Both the position numbers and the translations under genes were made by a program. Below the pieces are notes generated by a model, which worked only from the letters and a program-made list of their open reading frames with translations, had not been told where the DNA came from and ran no database searches. A stretch of 64,000 bases of DNA from an uncultured Methanosarcinales archaeon (GTDB lineage: Archaea; Nanobdellota; Nanobdellia; Woesearchaeales; CAZOXR01). The DNA lies in the NCBI GenBank assembly GCA_964566535.1, contig CAZMIO010000002.1, positions 136,905-200,904 on the forward strand, in the 5' to 3' direction. Position 1 is the stretch's first letter. Each line of letters begins with the position of its first letter. Below, in pieces: positions 39,754 through 48,943 of this stretch.

Positions 39754-40413
39754 TCATATTTTCATCTGGTCAACAACATGAATAAGTTTATCCAAAAACA
39801 CCATCAAATCTCTAACATTATCTTCCAATCCAGAAGTGTCCCCATCAAGATTCTTTATCTTCTTCAAAACACCAACATCAATTTTATACTTCTCAGCAAC
39901 AACCTTAAACAATTCATCTAATTCAGTAGGGGGCGAAACATCCTTAAGAAACAACAGCCCATAAAACAAAGGCATAGTACTAGGAATAGCCATCTTCAAT
40001 AGTTCCTTAATTTCCTTCGGTTTCTTAATAAAAACATAATTTTCCCTTAAATGAATAAGCTTAGATCGAAGTTCATACTCAAGCTGTCTCCTAACTTGCT
40101 TCTTGTCAAACTTTACTTCTTCAATTAAATCCTCACCAAACAAAACATCATGAGGATGTTTTATATCCAAAAACTCCAAAGGAAAAACATCAGAAGCATC
40201 ATCAAGTTCTTCCTTAGTAAAAAAGAGAGGAACAATCTTATTCTTCTTTGAACATTTCAGTACAGCAGGCTTAATCTTCTCTAAAATCGAATAATCGAGC
40301 GTTCCCAAAATAAATAAAAGATTATTTGGTTCGCCTTCTGTTCCAAACTTAACAGCTGAAAGTAAATTATCTCCAAGATTTTCCTTAAACTCATTTATTA
40401 TTTCTTCATACAT
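39754..40413 (-). CDS. Nucleotidyltransferase-like protein of LemA/TPM operons (start at MYEE, 40413)
   Basis: LGDNLLS, PLFFT.EEL..ASDVFPLEFLDI....VLFGED, RQLEYELR. SD AGGAGG upstream of 40413. Confidence 0.75.
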   Translation of the reverse strand: MYEEIINEFKENLGDNLLSAVKFGTEGEPNNLLFILGTLDYSILEKIKPAVLKCSKKNKIVPLFFTKEELDDASDVFPLEFLDIKHPHDVLFGEDLIEEVKFDKKQVRRQLEYELRSKLIHLRENYVFIKKPKEIKELLKMAIPSTMPLFYGLLFLKDVSPPTELDELFKVVAEKYKIDVGVLKKIKNLDGDTSGLEDNVRDLMVFLDKLIHVVDQMKI

Positions 40414-40436
40414 TTTAATTATCCTCCTTAAACATT

Positions 40437-41195
40437 TCACCACCCGCCAGAAAACCCACCACCACCTGAAAATCCTCCGCCAAAACCACCAAAACCTCCA
40501 CCACCAAGCCCCCCACCAGATCCGCCACTACCTCTATTAAACCCTCCACCAAAAAATATCGGAAAAAATCCAATTCTAGATCTCCTACCACCAGATATCC
40601 TTCCAACCACTGAACTTATAATAAAAAATAAAATTAGTATTGAATAAATATTTGAAAAACTACTTCTTGACCCACCACCATTTGCATAAGTTGACTTATA
40701 CCTAGAAATAACTTCCTCATTGTCTTCTAAGTATCCAAAAATAACTGCAACAGAATTATAAATTCCCAAACCAAACTCCCCTCTCTTAAAATGAGGCGTT
40801 AAAACATTGTTCCCAATCTCCATTGCAGTTATGTCTGGTATGGTAGATTCAAGTCCATACCCTACTTCAATTCTAAATTCTCTTTCCTGTATAGCAACTA
40901 ATATCAAAATACCATTATCAATATCTTCCTTACCAATCCCTGCCTCCTCAAATAATTCAACAGCGTAAGTTTCAACATCAATACCATCAAGTGTTGGAAC
41001 AGTAACAACTGCAACCTCAACAGTTGTGCTTTGTTCTATTTGTTTAGCCAACTGTGAGATAGCCGATTCATATTGAGTATCAATAACATCTCCCTTGTCA
41101 GTCACAAAATTACTAACTTCAGGATAATCTAAAGCAGAAACTAACGGAATAAATAAAATCAACATCAAAAATATTTTTTTATCAAAATAAATCAT
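40437..41195 (-). CDS. TPM domain (YgcG-like) protein with Gly-rich tail
   Basis: V.D.G.VI, EVAVVTV, GIG....DNGILILVA..RE.RIEVGYGLE, a TM helix, and GGGFGGFGGGFSGGGG...W at the end. Confidence 0.93.
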   Translation of the reverse strand: MIYFDKKIFLMLILFIPLVSALDYPEVSNFVTDKGDVIDTQYESAISQLAKQIEQSTTVEVAVVTVPTLDGIDVETYAVELFEEAGIGKEDIDNGILILVAIQEREFRIEVGYGLESTIPDITAMEIGNNVLTPHFKRGEFGLGIYNSVAVIFGYLEDNEEVISRYKSTYANGGGSRSSFSNIYSILILFFIISSVVGRISGGRRSRIGFFPIFFGGGFNRGSGGSGGGLGGGGFGGFGGGFSGGGGFSGGW

Positions 41196-41356
41196 AAAAT
41201 ATTACCAAACAGGTCGCGTATTTAATTGTTTTGATAAAAATTTACAAAATAAAAAAGATACATTTATAAACCCTTTCTCGTCCCTAATTTGAAAGGGGGC
41301 GCAGATCATAGATAGTATAGTTTATTTTCTGTCCTTAAATATTAACAATTTACAAA

Positions 41357-42430
41357 ATGATAATTGGAATACCGAAAGAAAAGAAGATGGGGGAGGCAAG
41401 AGTACCTTTAATCCCAGATCATGTTAGCTTGCTCACTAAACAAGGCCACAAAGTCTTCGTTGAAAGAGACGCAGGAAAAAAATGCAGGTTCTCTAACAAA
41501 GCTTATGAAAAAGCAGGAGCAAAAATCGTTGATGATGTTTATGATTGTGAAATGATTGTAAGAGTTAAAGAACCACCAATGGCAACAATAAGAAAGAACC
41601 AAATCATCATGGGTTACCTTCACGTTGAAAAAGGCCAAAACATGGCTTTACTAAAAAAATTCTTAGACCAAAATTCCACAACTTACGCTTACGAAAATAT
41701 AAGGGATGATAGTGGAGACAGATTAGTCAACTTAGGAGTTGAAGCAGGCATTGTCGGAATGTATGAAGGAATAAGATTATACGGAAAGGTCCTAGCAAAA
41801 AATGGACAAATAAACAGATTCAAAAAACTAAAACCAATCAAACAATATCACAGCGTAAAAAAAGTTTACGAAGCACTAGAAGAAGCAAATGTTCACAACA
41901 ACGTAAACATTTACATTTTCGGCAAAGGAAAAGTTTCTAGAGGCTCTCAAGAAGTTCTAAAATATACTAAGATTAAACCAAATGTCCTTTACAGGGATGG
42001 AACAAAAGACGTTACTCCTTTCCTACCAAAAGCAGACATCATTGTTAATGCAATTGATTGGTATCCAGACGAGCCAAGGATCATTACAAAAAATATGTTA
42101 AAACTGATGAAAAAAACAGCAGTTATCGTTGACATCTCTTGCGATGAAAACGGTGCAATTGAAAGTTGCATCCCAACAACATGGCAAAAACCATCATACA
42201 TTTTTAATGGGGTAACACATTACTGTGTAGATAACCTCCCTTCTGCTATTCCTCGTGACGCTTCTATCCATCTAAGTGAAATGATTCTTCCTCATGTTCT
42301 AAAAGTTGCTAATAATGAAGTATTAGAAACAGGTTTAATGACCAAAAGTGGAATCTTTGAATACGCAAAGAAAGAAGGAACATTAGAAGAGTTCGAACAG
42401 CTTTTAGAATTTCCAATAGAAACAGCTTAA
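41357..42430 (+). CDS. AlaDh/PNT family NAD(P)-dependent dehydrogenase (alanine dehydrogenase / carboxyethyl-ornithine synthase / saccharopine DH-like)
   Basis: IGIPKE...E.RVPLIP, VERDAG, RVKEP, GYLH, G.GKVSRG, IVDISCD..GAIE, HYCVDNLPSA. Confidence 0.85.
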   Translation: MIIGIPKEKKMGEARVPLIPDHVSLLTKQGHKVFVERDAGKKCRFSNKAYEKAGAKIVDDVYDCEMIVRVKEPPMATIRKNQIIMGYLHVEKGQNMALLKKFLDQNSTTYAYENIRDDSGDRLVNLGVEAGIVGMYEGIRLYGKVLAKNGQINRFKKLKPIKQYHSVKKVYEALEEANVHNNVNIYIFGKGKVSRGSQEVLKYTKIKPNVLYRDGTKDVTPFLPKADIIVNAIDWYPDEPRIITKNMLKLMKKTAVIVDISCDENGAIESCIPTTWQKPSYIFNGVTHYCVDNLPSAIPRDASIHLSEMILPHVLKVANNEVLETGLMTKSGIFEYAKKEGTLEEFEQLLEFPIETA

Positions 42431-42476
42431 ATTAATTCTAGAAATATTTTTATAGCCCAACCATAAATAAAGAGTT

Positions 42477-43124
42477 ATGGCCAAAGATAAAAGAAAACCA
42501 AATGAACCTGACACTGAAAAAAGAATTCTCATTATAAACAATGAAAGTATGTACATTGAGGAATTAGAAAAAACGGTTAATACTCACGCTTCTGGAAGGG
42601 CAAAAGTTGATTCTGTAAATATAAAGGATGCCAAATCAAAAATAGAGTCTGAGGGATTACCTTATGATGGAATTATCTTAGGAGGGAGTCATAAAAGAAG
42701 ATATGATAATCAAGAGGTTCAGGATATAATAGCCTCAATAGATAAACATAATGAAGCCAATCCTGACAAGCAAGTTGCATTATATGGCGTTTGCTTAGGT
42801 CATCAAGCTGTTGCTCATTATCACAAGGGCAAGGTAGTGGACTTAGGAGAATACCAAAAAGGCGACAAAAAAATTCAACTAGGGGATGGAAAAGAAACAA
42901 AAACACATAAACATCATAAATGGGGAGTAACTGAAGTATCTGGCCTAGAAGTCATTGCCGAGAGTACTGTACAAGATGCAGAGGGTAAAGAAGTAAGAAT
43001 TATAGAAGAAACAAGACACCCAACTAAACCATACGTTACAACACAAGGACACGCAGCAAAGAAAGGCCATGCACAAGAACTATTACACCAATGGTTGGAT
43101 GATGTTTACAAACCAGCAGCTTAA
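42477..43124 (+). CDS. Class I glutamine amidotransferase-like protein with degenerate triad
   Basis: DGIILGGS and GVCLGHQ nucleophile elbow. The C-terminus reads TQGHAA instead of QFHPE. Confidence 0.8.
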   Translation: MAKDKRKPNEPDTEKRILIINNESMYIEELEKTVNTHASGRAKVDSVNIKDAKSKIESEGLPYDGIILGGSHKRRYDNQEVQDIIASIDKHNEANPDKQVALYGVCLGHQAVAHYHKGKVVDLGEYQKGDKKIQLGDGKETKTHKHHKWGVTEVSGLEVIAESTVQDAEGKEVRIIEETRHPTKPYVTTQGHAAKKGHAQELLHQWLDDVYKPAA

Positions 43125-43585
43125 ACATTCTTCCCCATCTTAATAGTATAATCTTCAAAACCTAATCTACGATACAAACTCTGTGCACCTTTATTATCAA
43201 TATGAATCTCCAATGAAATATGGCCAACATTATTATCCTTAAGCCATTTAATCATCCTTAAAACTAATTTCTTTCCAATCCCCTTCCCCCTATACTTCTT
43301 CACAACATAAAGATTACTTATATATCCTTTCATACCATAATTAGAGATTTTCAAAGGCTTAAACAACTGTCCAAATACAACCCCTACAACATCATTGCCT
43401 TCAACAGCAATAAAAAAAGCCCGATTAGATTTTTCCAAATCAGCCTCTAAATATCCCCTATAGAACCCCTTGCTTTTACTCAAGGGTTTTAATGTACTGC
43501 TATACTTCAATTCCTCTTTCTTAGATAATAACTTCAGCCTAAATAATTCTTTAATATCTTCCCTACCAGCTTTCCTTATTTTCAT
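43121..43585 (-). CDS. GNAT N-acetyltransferase
   Basis: IRKA, GYISNLYVVKKYRGKGIGKKL, N.GAQSLYRRLGF. Confidence 0.92.
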   Translation of the reverse strand: MKIRKAGREDIKELFRLKLLSKKEELKYSSTLKPLSKSKGFYRGYLEADLEKSNRAFFIAVEGNDVVGVVFGQLFKPLKISNYGMKGYISNLYVVKKYRGKGIGKKLVLRMIKWLKDNNVGHISLEIHIDNKGAQSLYRRLGFEDYTIKMGKNV

Positions 43586-44634
43586 TCTCTATACTCCTTA
43601 ACAATCTCTTCAATCAAAAACTTACTCAAATTAAATCTCCTAACTTTAGGAAAACCCGGAAATGCATTAATCTCAATAAACATTGCACTCTTATGATCGC
43701 TACATAACATAATATCTACACCACCAAAATTCAATCCTAATGCTTTAATAGCCCTTACTGCATTCCTTTTAGCAAATTCAAGTTGTTTCTCTGGAAGCGA
43801 ATTAACAAAACTTGGACCCTCCCCAATAGCACCTTGAGAAATATTTGTAGTAACTGCCTCTGCATCAGTGCTCCTAGCATAAACATAAAGAACTTCACCC
43901 TTAAACACATATAACCTCAAATCAAACTTCCTTCCTTTAACAAGCAAAGGATTAATCGCTTCTTCAACAATAACATCCTTCTTCAAAATCTCACTCAAAA
44001 AATCCTTCTTGCCAGTTATATCAATAAAAGTCCAGCCATAATCAGATTTTTTACTCACTATCTTACCATCCCTAAATCTAAAGTTAGTCATCCACCTTCC
44101 CTTCTCTAAATAAGTTACCCCCTTACCCATCGATCCAAATCTTACCTTAATAAAAAGCTTATAACCTTCATTCAACAACTTAACAACCGCTCTAACACTC
44201 CTTGTGCCAAACTTCTTTGGAACCATAACTCCTGCCTTAGAAACGATACTCTTTGTAACTTCCTTGTCTCTATCAACAGCCAAGTTCCCAGGAGGGTTAA
44301 CATAAGAAATTTTCTTATCAGCGTAAGATTCATCCACCTTCTCTTTCATTAATTCCCAAAACTTAATGAACTTAGAATAAAATCCCCGATTACCATAAAC
44401 TCCCCTATAGTGTTTAGGCTCAATGTGTTTATCCCAATACTCAAAAGGAAAGAAAAGAAATACGATAACTTCCTTTGTACTCACCTTAGGAAATTTTCCC
44501 TCAAGAATAGAATCATAGTCAGCACTCTTAAAAATTATATCACTTCCCCTAAAGAACCTTCTCTGTTTGTAGAACTTCCTAAACGTATCAAAGTCCTTTA
44601 AATCACCTATTGCCAATAAAGTCTTTTTCCCCAT
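43582..44634 (-). CDS. RimK/YheCD-like ATP-grasp ligase (ATG start at 44634)
   Basis: VN...DK, FIKVRFGSMGKGV, VEEAI, KFDLRLYV, TNISQG, FGGVDIM, FIEINAFPG. Confidence 0.88.
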   Translation of the reverse strand: MGKKTLLAIGDLKDFDTFRKFYKQRRFFRGSDIIFKSADYDSILEGKFPKVSTKEVIVFLFFPFEYWDKHIEPKHYRGVYGNRGFYSKFIKFWELMKEKVDESYADKKISYVNPPGNLAVDRDKEVTKSIVSKAGVMVPKKFGTRSVRAVVKLLNEGYKLFIKVRFGSMGKGVTYLEKGRWMTNFRFRDGKIVSKKSDYGWTFIDITGKKDFLSEILKKDVIVEEAINPLLVKGRKFDLRLYVFKGEVLYVYARSTDAEAVTTNISQGAIGEGPSFVNSLPEKQLEFAKRNAVRAIKALGLNFGGVDIMLCSDHKSAMFIEINAFPGFPKVRRFNLSKFLIEEIVKEYRE

Positions 44635-44837
44635 ATGAATAGAATCCAACAAATTACTTATAAATGTTTCTTAAAGATTCTACTTGTCTTATTCTAGATT
44701 CCCCTTAAAATCCCCCATTTCTTCAGAAAATCCCTCACTAATACCCATATCCAACCAAAACACCCATATATATTTTGCCCAATCAAAAAATTTAAATAGA
44801 TAAACCATTAATCTCAGTGTAGGAAAGGTGGTATACT

Positions 44838-45122
44838 ATGCTAAAGATGAAAAAAATATCTGAAACATTCGATATGAAGGTGTTTACAGACTCAGGAGAT
44901 TATTTTGGTGATATTGAAGAAAGTATCTTAACCCAGAACAAAGTGTTTGGATGGCGTGTTAGAGCAACAAAGAACTCATTTCTAAGTAAAGTTCTAGGTT
45001 CAGCAAAAGGAGTTATTGTGCCTCACCAACTTGTAAAAAGCATTGGAGACATAATAATTATCAGTAAAGCTGCAGTTCCTTCTTACTCCGGTGAAGAAGG
45101 AGAAGAAGAAAACAAAGAATAA
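44838..45122 (+). CDS. PRC-barrel domain protein (CdpB-like, archaeal FtsZ division associated)
   Basis: MKVFTDSGDYFGDIEE...VIVPHQLVKSIGDIIII is the PRC-barrel pattern. SD AGGTGG upstream. Confidence 0.85.
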   Translation: MLKMKKISETFDMKVFTDSGDYFGDIEESILTQNKVFGWRVRATKNSFLSKVLGSAKGVIVPHQLVKSIGDIIIISKAAVPSYSGEEGEEENKE

Positions 45123-45184
45123 TTTTTTTCTTTATTTATTATTTAATAGAAAGCTATATAAATAAGAAATATTAAACTATCCTT

Positions 45185-45775
45185 ATGTCCTCAGTCATAA
45201 TCCAGGAATTAAAAAGAAAAACAACACATTTTACTATACTTCTTTTAATAATTGCTTTTATAGTCATTAAAGATAGTTACAACCAAAACAGTGCATTATT
45301 AACCTTAGTGGGTGTTCTTATGATATTCCTCACCCTAGAGTATTTCAGACTAGACTTAAATTGGAAAATTCCAGGGTTCTCTCACTTCATGAAGGCAAGA
45401 GAACAAGACAGAGTCCACAGTGCAGTCTACTTTCTTTGTGCTACAATAATTTGCCTAGCAGTCTTTGACTTCAAAATCGCATTAACAGCACTACTGATGA
45501 CTATCTTCGGAGATATGATTGCAGCAATGGTAGGTAAAAAGTTTGGTACAACCCTCCTCTTCAGAAATAAAACAGCAATTGGAACATTATCCGAACTTGT
45601 AATCAACCTACTGATCGGAATTGTAATCCTCATGGGAACCTACCAAGCATACATAATCATCTCAATGGCCTTTACCGCAACAATCATAGAAACTTTAGTA
45701 GACGAACTTGACGATAACCTACTAACCCCTCTTTTCGCAGGATTTATTGGGCAGATTATAACGTTCCTTATCTAG
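45185..45775 (+). CDS. CTP-dependent polyprenol kinase family (SEC59/DGK1/VTE5-like) membrane protein
   Basis: ELKRKTTH, E..R, GDMIAAMVGKKFG, NKT.IG, E...DDNLLTP. Confidence 0.85.
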   Translation: MSSVIIQELKRKTTHFTILLLIIAFIVIKDSYNQNSALLTLVGVLMIFLTLEYFRLDLNWKIPGFSHFMKAREQDRVHSAVYFLCATIICLAVFDFKIALTALLMTIFGDMIAAMVGKKFGTTLLFRNKTAIGTLSELVINLLIGIVILMGTYQAYIIISMAFTATIIETLVDELDDNLLTPLFAGFIGQIITFLI

Positions 45776-47097
45776 AAATCAAAAACCTTTTTCTTCTCTT
45801 TCAAAGCACTTGGGGATTCTCCACCATGCCATGTAAATCTTGGCCTTATCCTCATAGGATATAGTCTTTCGTTAACATCATCAAATATAACTGCAGAACC
45901 CTTTATAGCAGGCAGATAATTAAGCTGCTTATCAAGACCTTCTCTCATATAACTCTGCATCAACATCCCCAATGCCTCAACATCTATTTTAGCAGTTAAC
46001 CTATGTGAAATAACTGTATCTGCCTGAGTCATAACATCAGTATGTATCTTACCCGGCTGCTGTGTAGCAAGTATCAAAGAAATACCTGGCTGTCTTCCTT
46101 CCCTAAGTATAGTCAACAAAGCATCAGTAGAAACAGTCTTCCCTTCCTTAGGTAAAAACTCATGTGCCTCATCAATCACAAGCCAAACCAAGGGATCTTG
46201 CTGTTTTTCTTTCTCCCCGCTATCTAAAGAATAGTGTTCACTCCCTTTTATAGATTTAAACTCTTCCATCTTCCGAGATATCATCCGGTGGATAAACAAT
46301 TTCTGAGATATAAGACCAATAACTAATGACTTAAGCCCTTCAGTTCCAGGCGTAACAGCATAACAACTAACATCAATTATAGTTACCTGCCCACCTTTCA
46401 CTAAACTACTTATTGGAGTTCCATCCTTTCCAAAAAGTCCCCATTTCTTAGCAGAACTAAATCTATTCTCAACAAAATCCTTTACATGTTGTTCTGTCTT
46501 CTCATCCTTCTTAATTAAATTAATAACATCATCTAATGAAAAATCAGGATTAGCTTTCATCAAATCCTGAACAACTCTCTCAATCAAAACTCCATGTTGG
46601 CTATGTACCTCTATCTCAAAAGTCAAACACCAATCATGAGGACTTAATTCTGAAGGTTTTATAGAAAAAGGATGATCAGTGGGTATCCCTTGCTTCTTAA
46701 ACTGATCATAATATCCTGTAGGAGTATAAATTGTAACATCTAACGGTTTACTCTTCAGCCCCCATTCATCTAATATGTGAGTATCCTTCTTGTTAGCATA
46801 CTTCATAGTCCAATATATCCCCATGGTATCAAGCATTATAACGGAAATATTATCCTTAACCTCCATAGGCAAATCAGATATGCCTTCTGCAATTACCCCC
46901 ATAGTATACGACTTCCCAGAACCCCTTTTACCACAAATAAACACAACATGCGACCTAGAAACATCCATATAGATCTCATTAGATAAAGAAGTAGTATGTC
47001 CCATCTTCACATACTGCTTTCCAAGAAAAATTGTTCCGTCCTTACCAAACTTCTCCTTGTCTTTCTCAGACCTACCAATAATTATATCATAAGGCAT
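45772..47097 (-). CDS. HerA/FtsK-like (DUF87) P-loop ATPase
   Basis: HVVFICGKRGSGKSY (Walker A), LVIDEAHEF (Walker B), LREGRQPG, LATQQP. Confidence 0.9.
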   Translation of the reverse strand: MPYDIIIGRSEKDKEKFGKDGTIFLGKQYVKMGHTTSLSNEIYMDVSRSHVVFICGKRGSGKSYTMGVIAEGISDLPMEVKDNISVIMLDTMGIYWTMKYANKKDTHILDEWGLKSKPLDVTIYTPTGYYDQFKKQGIPTDHPFSIKPSELSPHDWCLTFEIEVHSQHGVLIERVVQDLMKANPDFSLDDVINLIKKDEKTEQHVKDFVENRFSSAKKWGLFGKDGTPISSLVKGGQVTIIDVSCYAVTPGTEGLKSLVIGLISQKLFIHRMISRKMEEFKSIKGSEHYSLDSGEKEKQQDPLVWLVIDEAHEFLPKEGKTVSTDALLTILREGRQPGISLILATQQPGKIHTDVMTQADTVISHRLTAKIDVEALGMLMQSYMREGLDKQLNYLPAIKGSAVIFDDVNERLYPMRIRPRFTWHGGESPSALKEKKKVFDF

Positions 47098-47156
47098 AAT
47101 TCAAACTTAAATCTACTAATATAAATATTTAGCGAAACAACCAAGAAACAACAAAC

Positions 47157-47164
47157 TTTAAATA
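47157..47164 (+). promoter_or_regulatory. TATA box of leu/ilv operon (TTTAAATA), placing the start site at the leader ORF ATG
   Basis: acaaacTTTAAATA ends 25 nt before ATG 47190, similar to the spacing of other leaderless genes in this window. Confidence 0.65.
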
Positions 47165-47189
47165 CTCCTTCTCCCACCATAAACCTATT

Positions 47190-47264
47190 ATGCCGGAGCA
47201 AAAACAAATTAAATCAATAAGCAAGATTTTATTAGTTCTTTTGCTAGTTCTGGTGTTACTTTAA
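47190..47264 (+). CDS. Putative leu/ilv operon leader peptide MPEQKQIKSISKILLVLLLVLVLL
   Basis: 24-codon ORF whose last 12 codons are ATT TTA TTA GTT CTT TTG CTA GTT CTG GTG TTA CTT (8 Leu, 3 Val, 1 Ile). It sits between the TATA box and leuA. Confidence 0.75.
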   Translation: MPEQKQIKSISKILLVLLLVLVLL

Positions 47265-47310
47265 GCCCTACTCACATTCTACAGGGCCACTGCAACTTTA
47301 AACCAAAGTT
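47265..47310 (+). promoter_or_regulatory. Two short hairpins directly after leader stop codon
   Basis: GCCCT(47265-69)/AGGGC(47283-87) and AACTTT/AAAGTT (47294-47310). Confidence 0.45.
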
Positions 47311-47338
47311 AGTTAAGAATCCAAAAAAATTATAAAAA

Positions 47339-48934
47339 ATGGAACCAAACGACACTCAAAAAGAAAAAATGAGCAAGATCATAATATTTGACACCACCTT
47401 AAGAGATGGTGAACAATCCCCTGGAGCTAGTTTAACAATCAAAGAAAAGCTAATTATTGCAAAACAATTAGCAAAACTTGGTGTAGATGTTATCGAAGCA
47501 GGTTTTCCTATAAGTTCGCAAGGAGATTTCGAAGCAGTAAAACAGATTGCAAAAGAAGTCCAAGGCCCAATCATCTGCGGTTTAGCAAGAACAAAAGAAG
47601 AAGACATAGACAGAGCATGGGAAGCAGTAAAACATTCAAAAAATCCAAGAATCCACACATTCATAGGAACTTCCAACATCCATATGGAGAAGAAACTAAA
47701 AAAAACTAAAGAAGAAGTAATCTCCCTTGTCTCAAAGACAGTAAAACATGCAAGCTTGTTATGCAAAGACATAGAGTTCTCACCAGAAGACGCAGCAAGA
47801 ACTGACTTAGATTACATGGTCGATGTTGTAAAAGCTGCAATAGAAGCAGGAGCAAATACTATAAACATCCCAGACACAGTAGGTTATTCAGAACCTGAAG
47901 AATTCGGGAAAAGAATCAAATACATTTATGACAAACTAAACACATTAATAGAAAAAAACAATGTTATAATCAGTGTTCATTGCCATAATGACTTAGGTGT
48001 CGCTGTTGCAAATTCATTAGAGGCAATAAGAAACGGAGCAACACAAATAGAATGCACTATAAACGGAATTGGGGAACGTGCAGGTAACTGTTCATTAGAA
48101 GAAGTAGTAATGAACCTAAAGACAAGAAATGATTTTTTCAAAGACTTCCACACAACAATTAACACAAAAGAAATTTTCAAAACATCTCAATTAGTTTCAC
48201 AACTAACTGGAATAAAAATCCAAAGAAATAAGGCAATCGTTGGTCAAAATGCATTTGCTCACGAAGCAGGAATCCACCAGCATGGAGTATTAAGCCACAA
48301 ATCAACCTATGAGATTATGAAACCAGAAGAAATTGGCTGGATTGGAACAAATATTGTGATAGGAAAACACTCAGGTAAACATGCTGTTGAATCAATCTTA
48401 AAAGATAGAGGATATGACTTAACCAAAGAACAAGTTAACAAAGTATTGTCAAAACTTAAAGAACTAGCCGACAAACAAAAAGAATTGATGCAGGAAGATA
48501 TTATCGCAGTTGCCACAAACGTAGCAGGCGAACTATCAAAAGAAGAAAAGATTGTACAACTAGACGAAGTAAAAGTCACAACTGGAAACAAAACAAAACC
48601 AGAAGCAACAGTCACATTAATCATAGATGGAAAAAAGAAAACTGGCAAAGGTATCGGTTTAGGACCAGTTGACGCTGTCGCACATGCAGTAAGGTCAATG
48701 ACAGACCCCTCAATCAAACTAAAGGAATACTCACTTAAAGCAATTACAGGGGGAACTAATGCCCTAGCAGAGGTATCAATAAAAGTTCAAGATGAAAAAG
48801 GCCACATATTCAAAGCAGATTCAGTTGATGAAGACATAATTATGGCATCTACTATTGCATTAATCAAGGGTACGAACAAAGCATTAAACTTCAAGAAAAA
48901 TAAATCAACACAGAAAATCAAAGTAGGTTATTAA
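47339..48934 (+). CDS. leuA: 2-isopropylmalate synthase (alternative start MSKIII at 47369)
   Basis: FDTTLRDGEQSPG, IEAGFP, PDTVG, HCHNDLG.AVANSL, NGIGERAGN, HEAGIHQHG, and a C-terminal regulatory domain (GPVDA). Confidence 0.95.
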   Translation: MEPNDTQKEKMSKIIIFDTTLRDGEQSPGASLTIKEKLIIAKQLAKLGVDVIEAGFPISSQGDFEAVKQIAKEVQGPIICGLARTKEEDIDRAWEAVKHSKNPRIHTFIGTSNIHMEKKLKKTKEEVISLVSKTVKHASLLCKDIEFSPEDAARTDLDYMVDVVKAAIEAGANTINIPDTVGYSEPEEFGKRIKYIYDKLNTLIEKNNVIISVHCHNDLGVAVANSLEAIRNGATQIECTINGIGERAGNCSLEEVVMNLKTRNDFFKDFHTTINTKEIFKTSQLVSQLTGIKIQRNKAIVGQNAFAHEAGIHQHGVLSHKSTYEIMKPEEIGWIGTNIVIGKHSGKHAVESILKDRGYDLTKEQVNKVLSKLKELADKQKELMQEDIIAVATNVAGELSKEEKIVQLDEVKVTTGNKTKPEATVTLIIDGKKKTGKGIGLGPVDAVAHAVRSMTDPSIKLKEYSLKAITGGTNALAEVSIKVQDEKGHIFKADSVDEDIIMASTIALIKGTNKALNFKKNKSTQKIKVGY

Positions 48935-48943
48935 GGTGATAAA

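Noticed and set aside
44700..44766. C-run-rich intergenic tract (G-runs on the minus strand, possible G-quadruplex)
   Set aside because: Loops are long and irregular, and the pattern is consistent with the general strand skew.
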